Shown here in pieces: positions 61,768 to 64,000 of a DNA stretch of 64,000 nucleotides. The notes under the pieces were generated by a model that did not search any database, was not told the origin of the DNA, and saw only the letters and a program-made list of their open reading frames with translations. The position numbers and the translations under genes were made by a program. Every line of letters begins with the position of its first letter. Positions within the stretch are counted from its first letter, which is position 1. The DNA is from an uncultured delta proteobacterium (GTDB lineage Bacteria > Myxococcota > Kuafuiibacteriia > Kuafuiibacteriales > Kuafuiibacteriaceae). The stretch spans positions 704,001 through 768,000 of the forward strand of contig CAWDML010000009.1 of assembly GCA_963803435.1 (NCBI GenBank). Reading direction: 5' to 3'.

Positions 61768-64000
<2,233 letters not shown>

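Overview
High-GC bacterial chromosome segment, most likely from a Myxococcota (myxobacteria-like) organism, judged from a MYXO-CTERM protein, a TIGR04563-like small-protein pair, a Haliangium-type microcompartment locus and DUF4388/PEGA/Ser-Thr kinase genes. Content from left to right: bacterial microcompartment locus (BMC-T, BMC-H, BMC-P, aldehyde dehydrogenase, coupled lipoprotein); exbBD-tonB; smc-CAP-ftsY-zapA-6S RNA-ygfA; lipoproteins; glycogen debranching enzyme; parC-parE-like topoisomerase; a 3-kb mobile-DNA insertion; slt; Ser/Thr kinase; asnS; LPS core/lipid A genes; xdhC-mocA; Hsp70/J pair; yicC-gmk; and an rRNA operon (16S, tRNA-Ile, tRNA-Ala, partial 23S). Most notable: (1) a 1.85-kb element with ~70-bp terminal inverted repeats containing (CCCGGT)n arrays, carrying a four-helix-bundle (IVP/Avd-like) gene and a deleted IS1182 transposase; (2) this element and an IS630 sit in tandem in a single CTAG that forms the overlapping stop codons of two convergent genes; (3) four frameshifts are each repaired by reading GAATC as GATC, suggesting sequencing errors at a modified GATC motif; (4) a NrdR-box-like pair upstream of smc; (5) unusual pore and Cys features in the BMC shell proteins. 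Family calls come from motif recognition only; no database searches were run.
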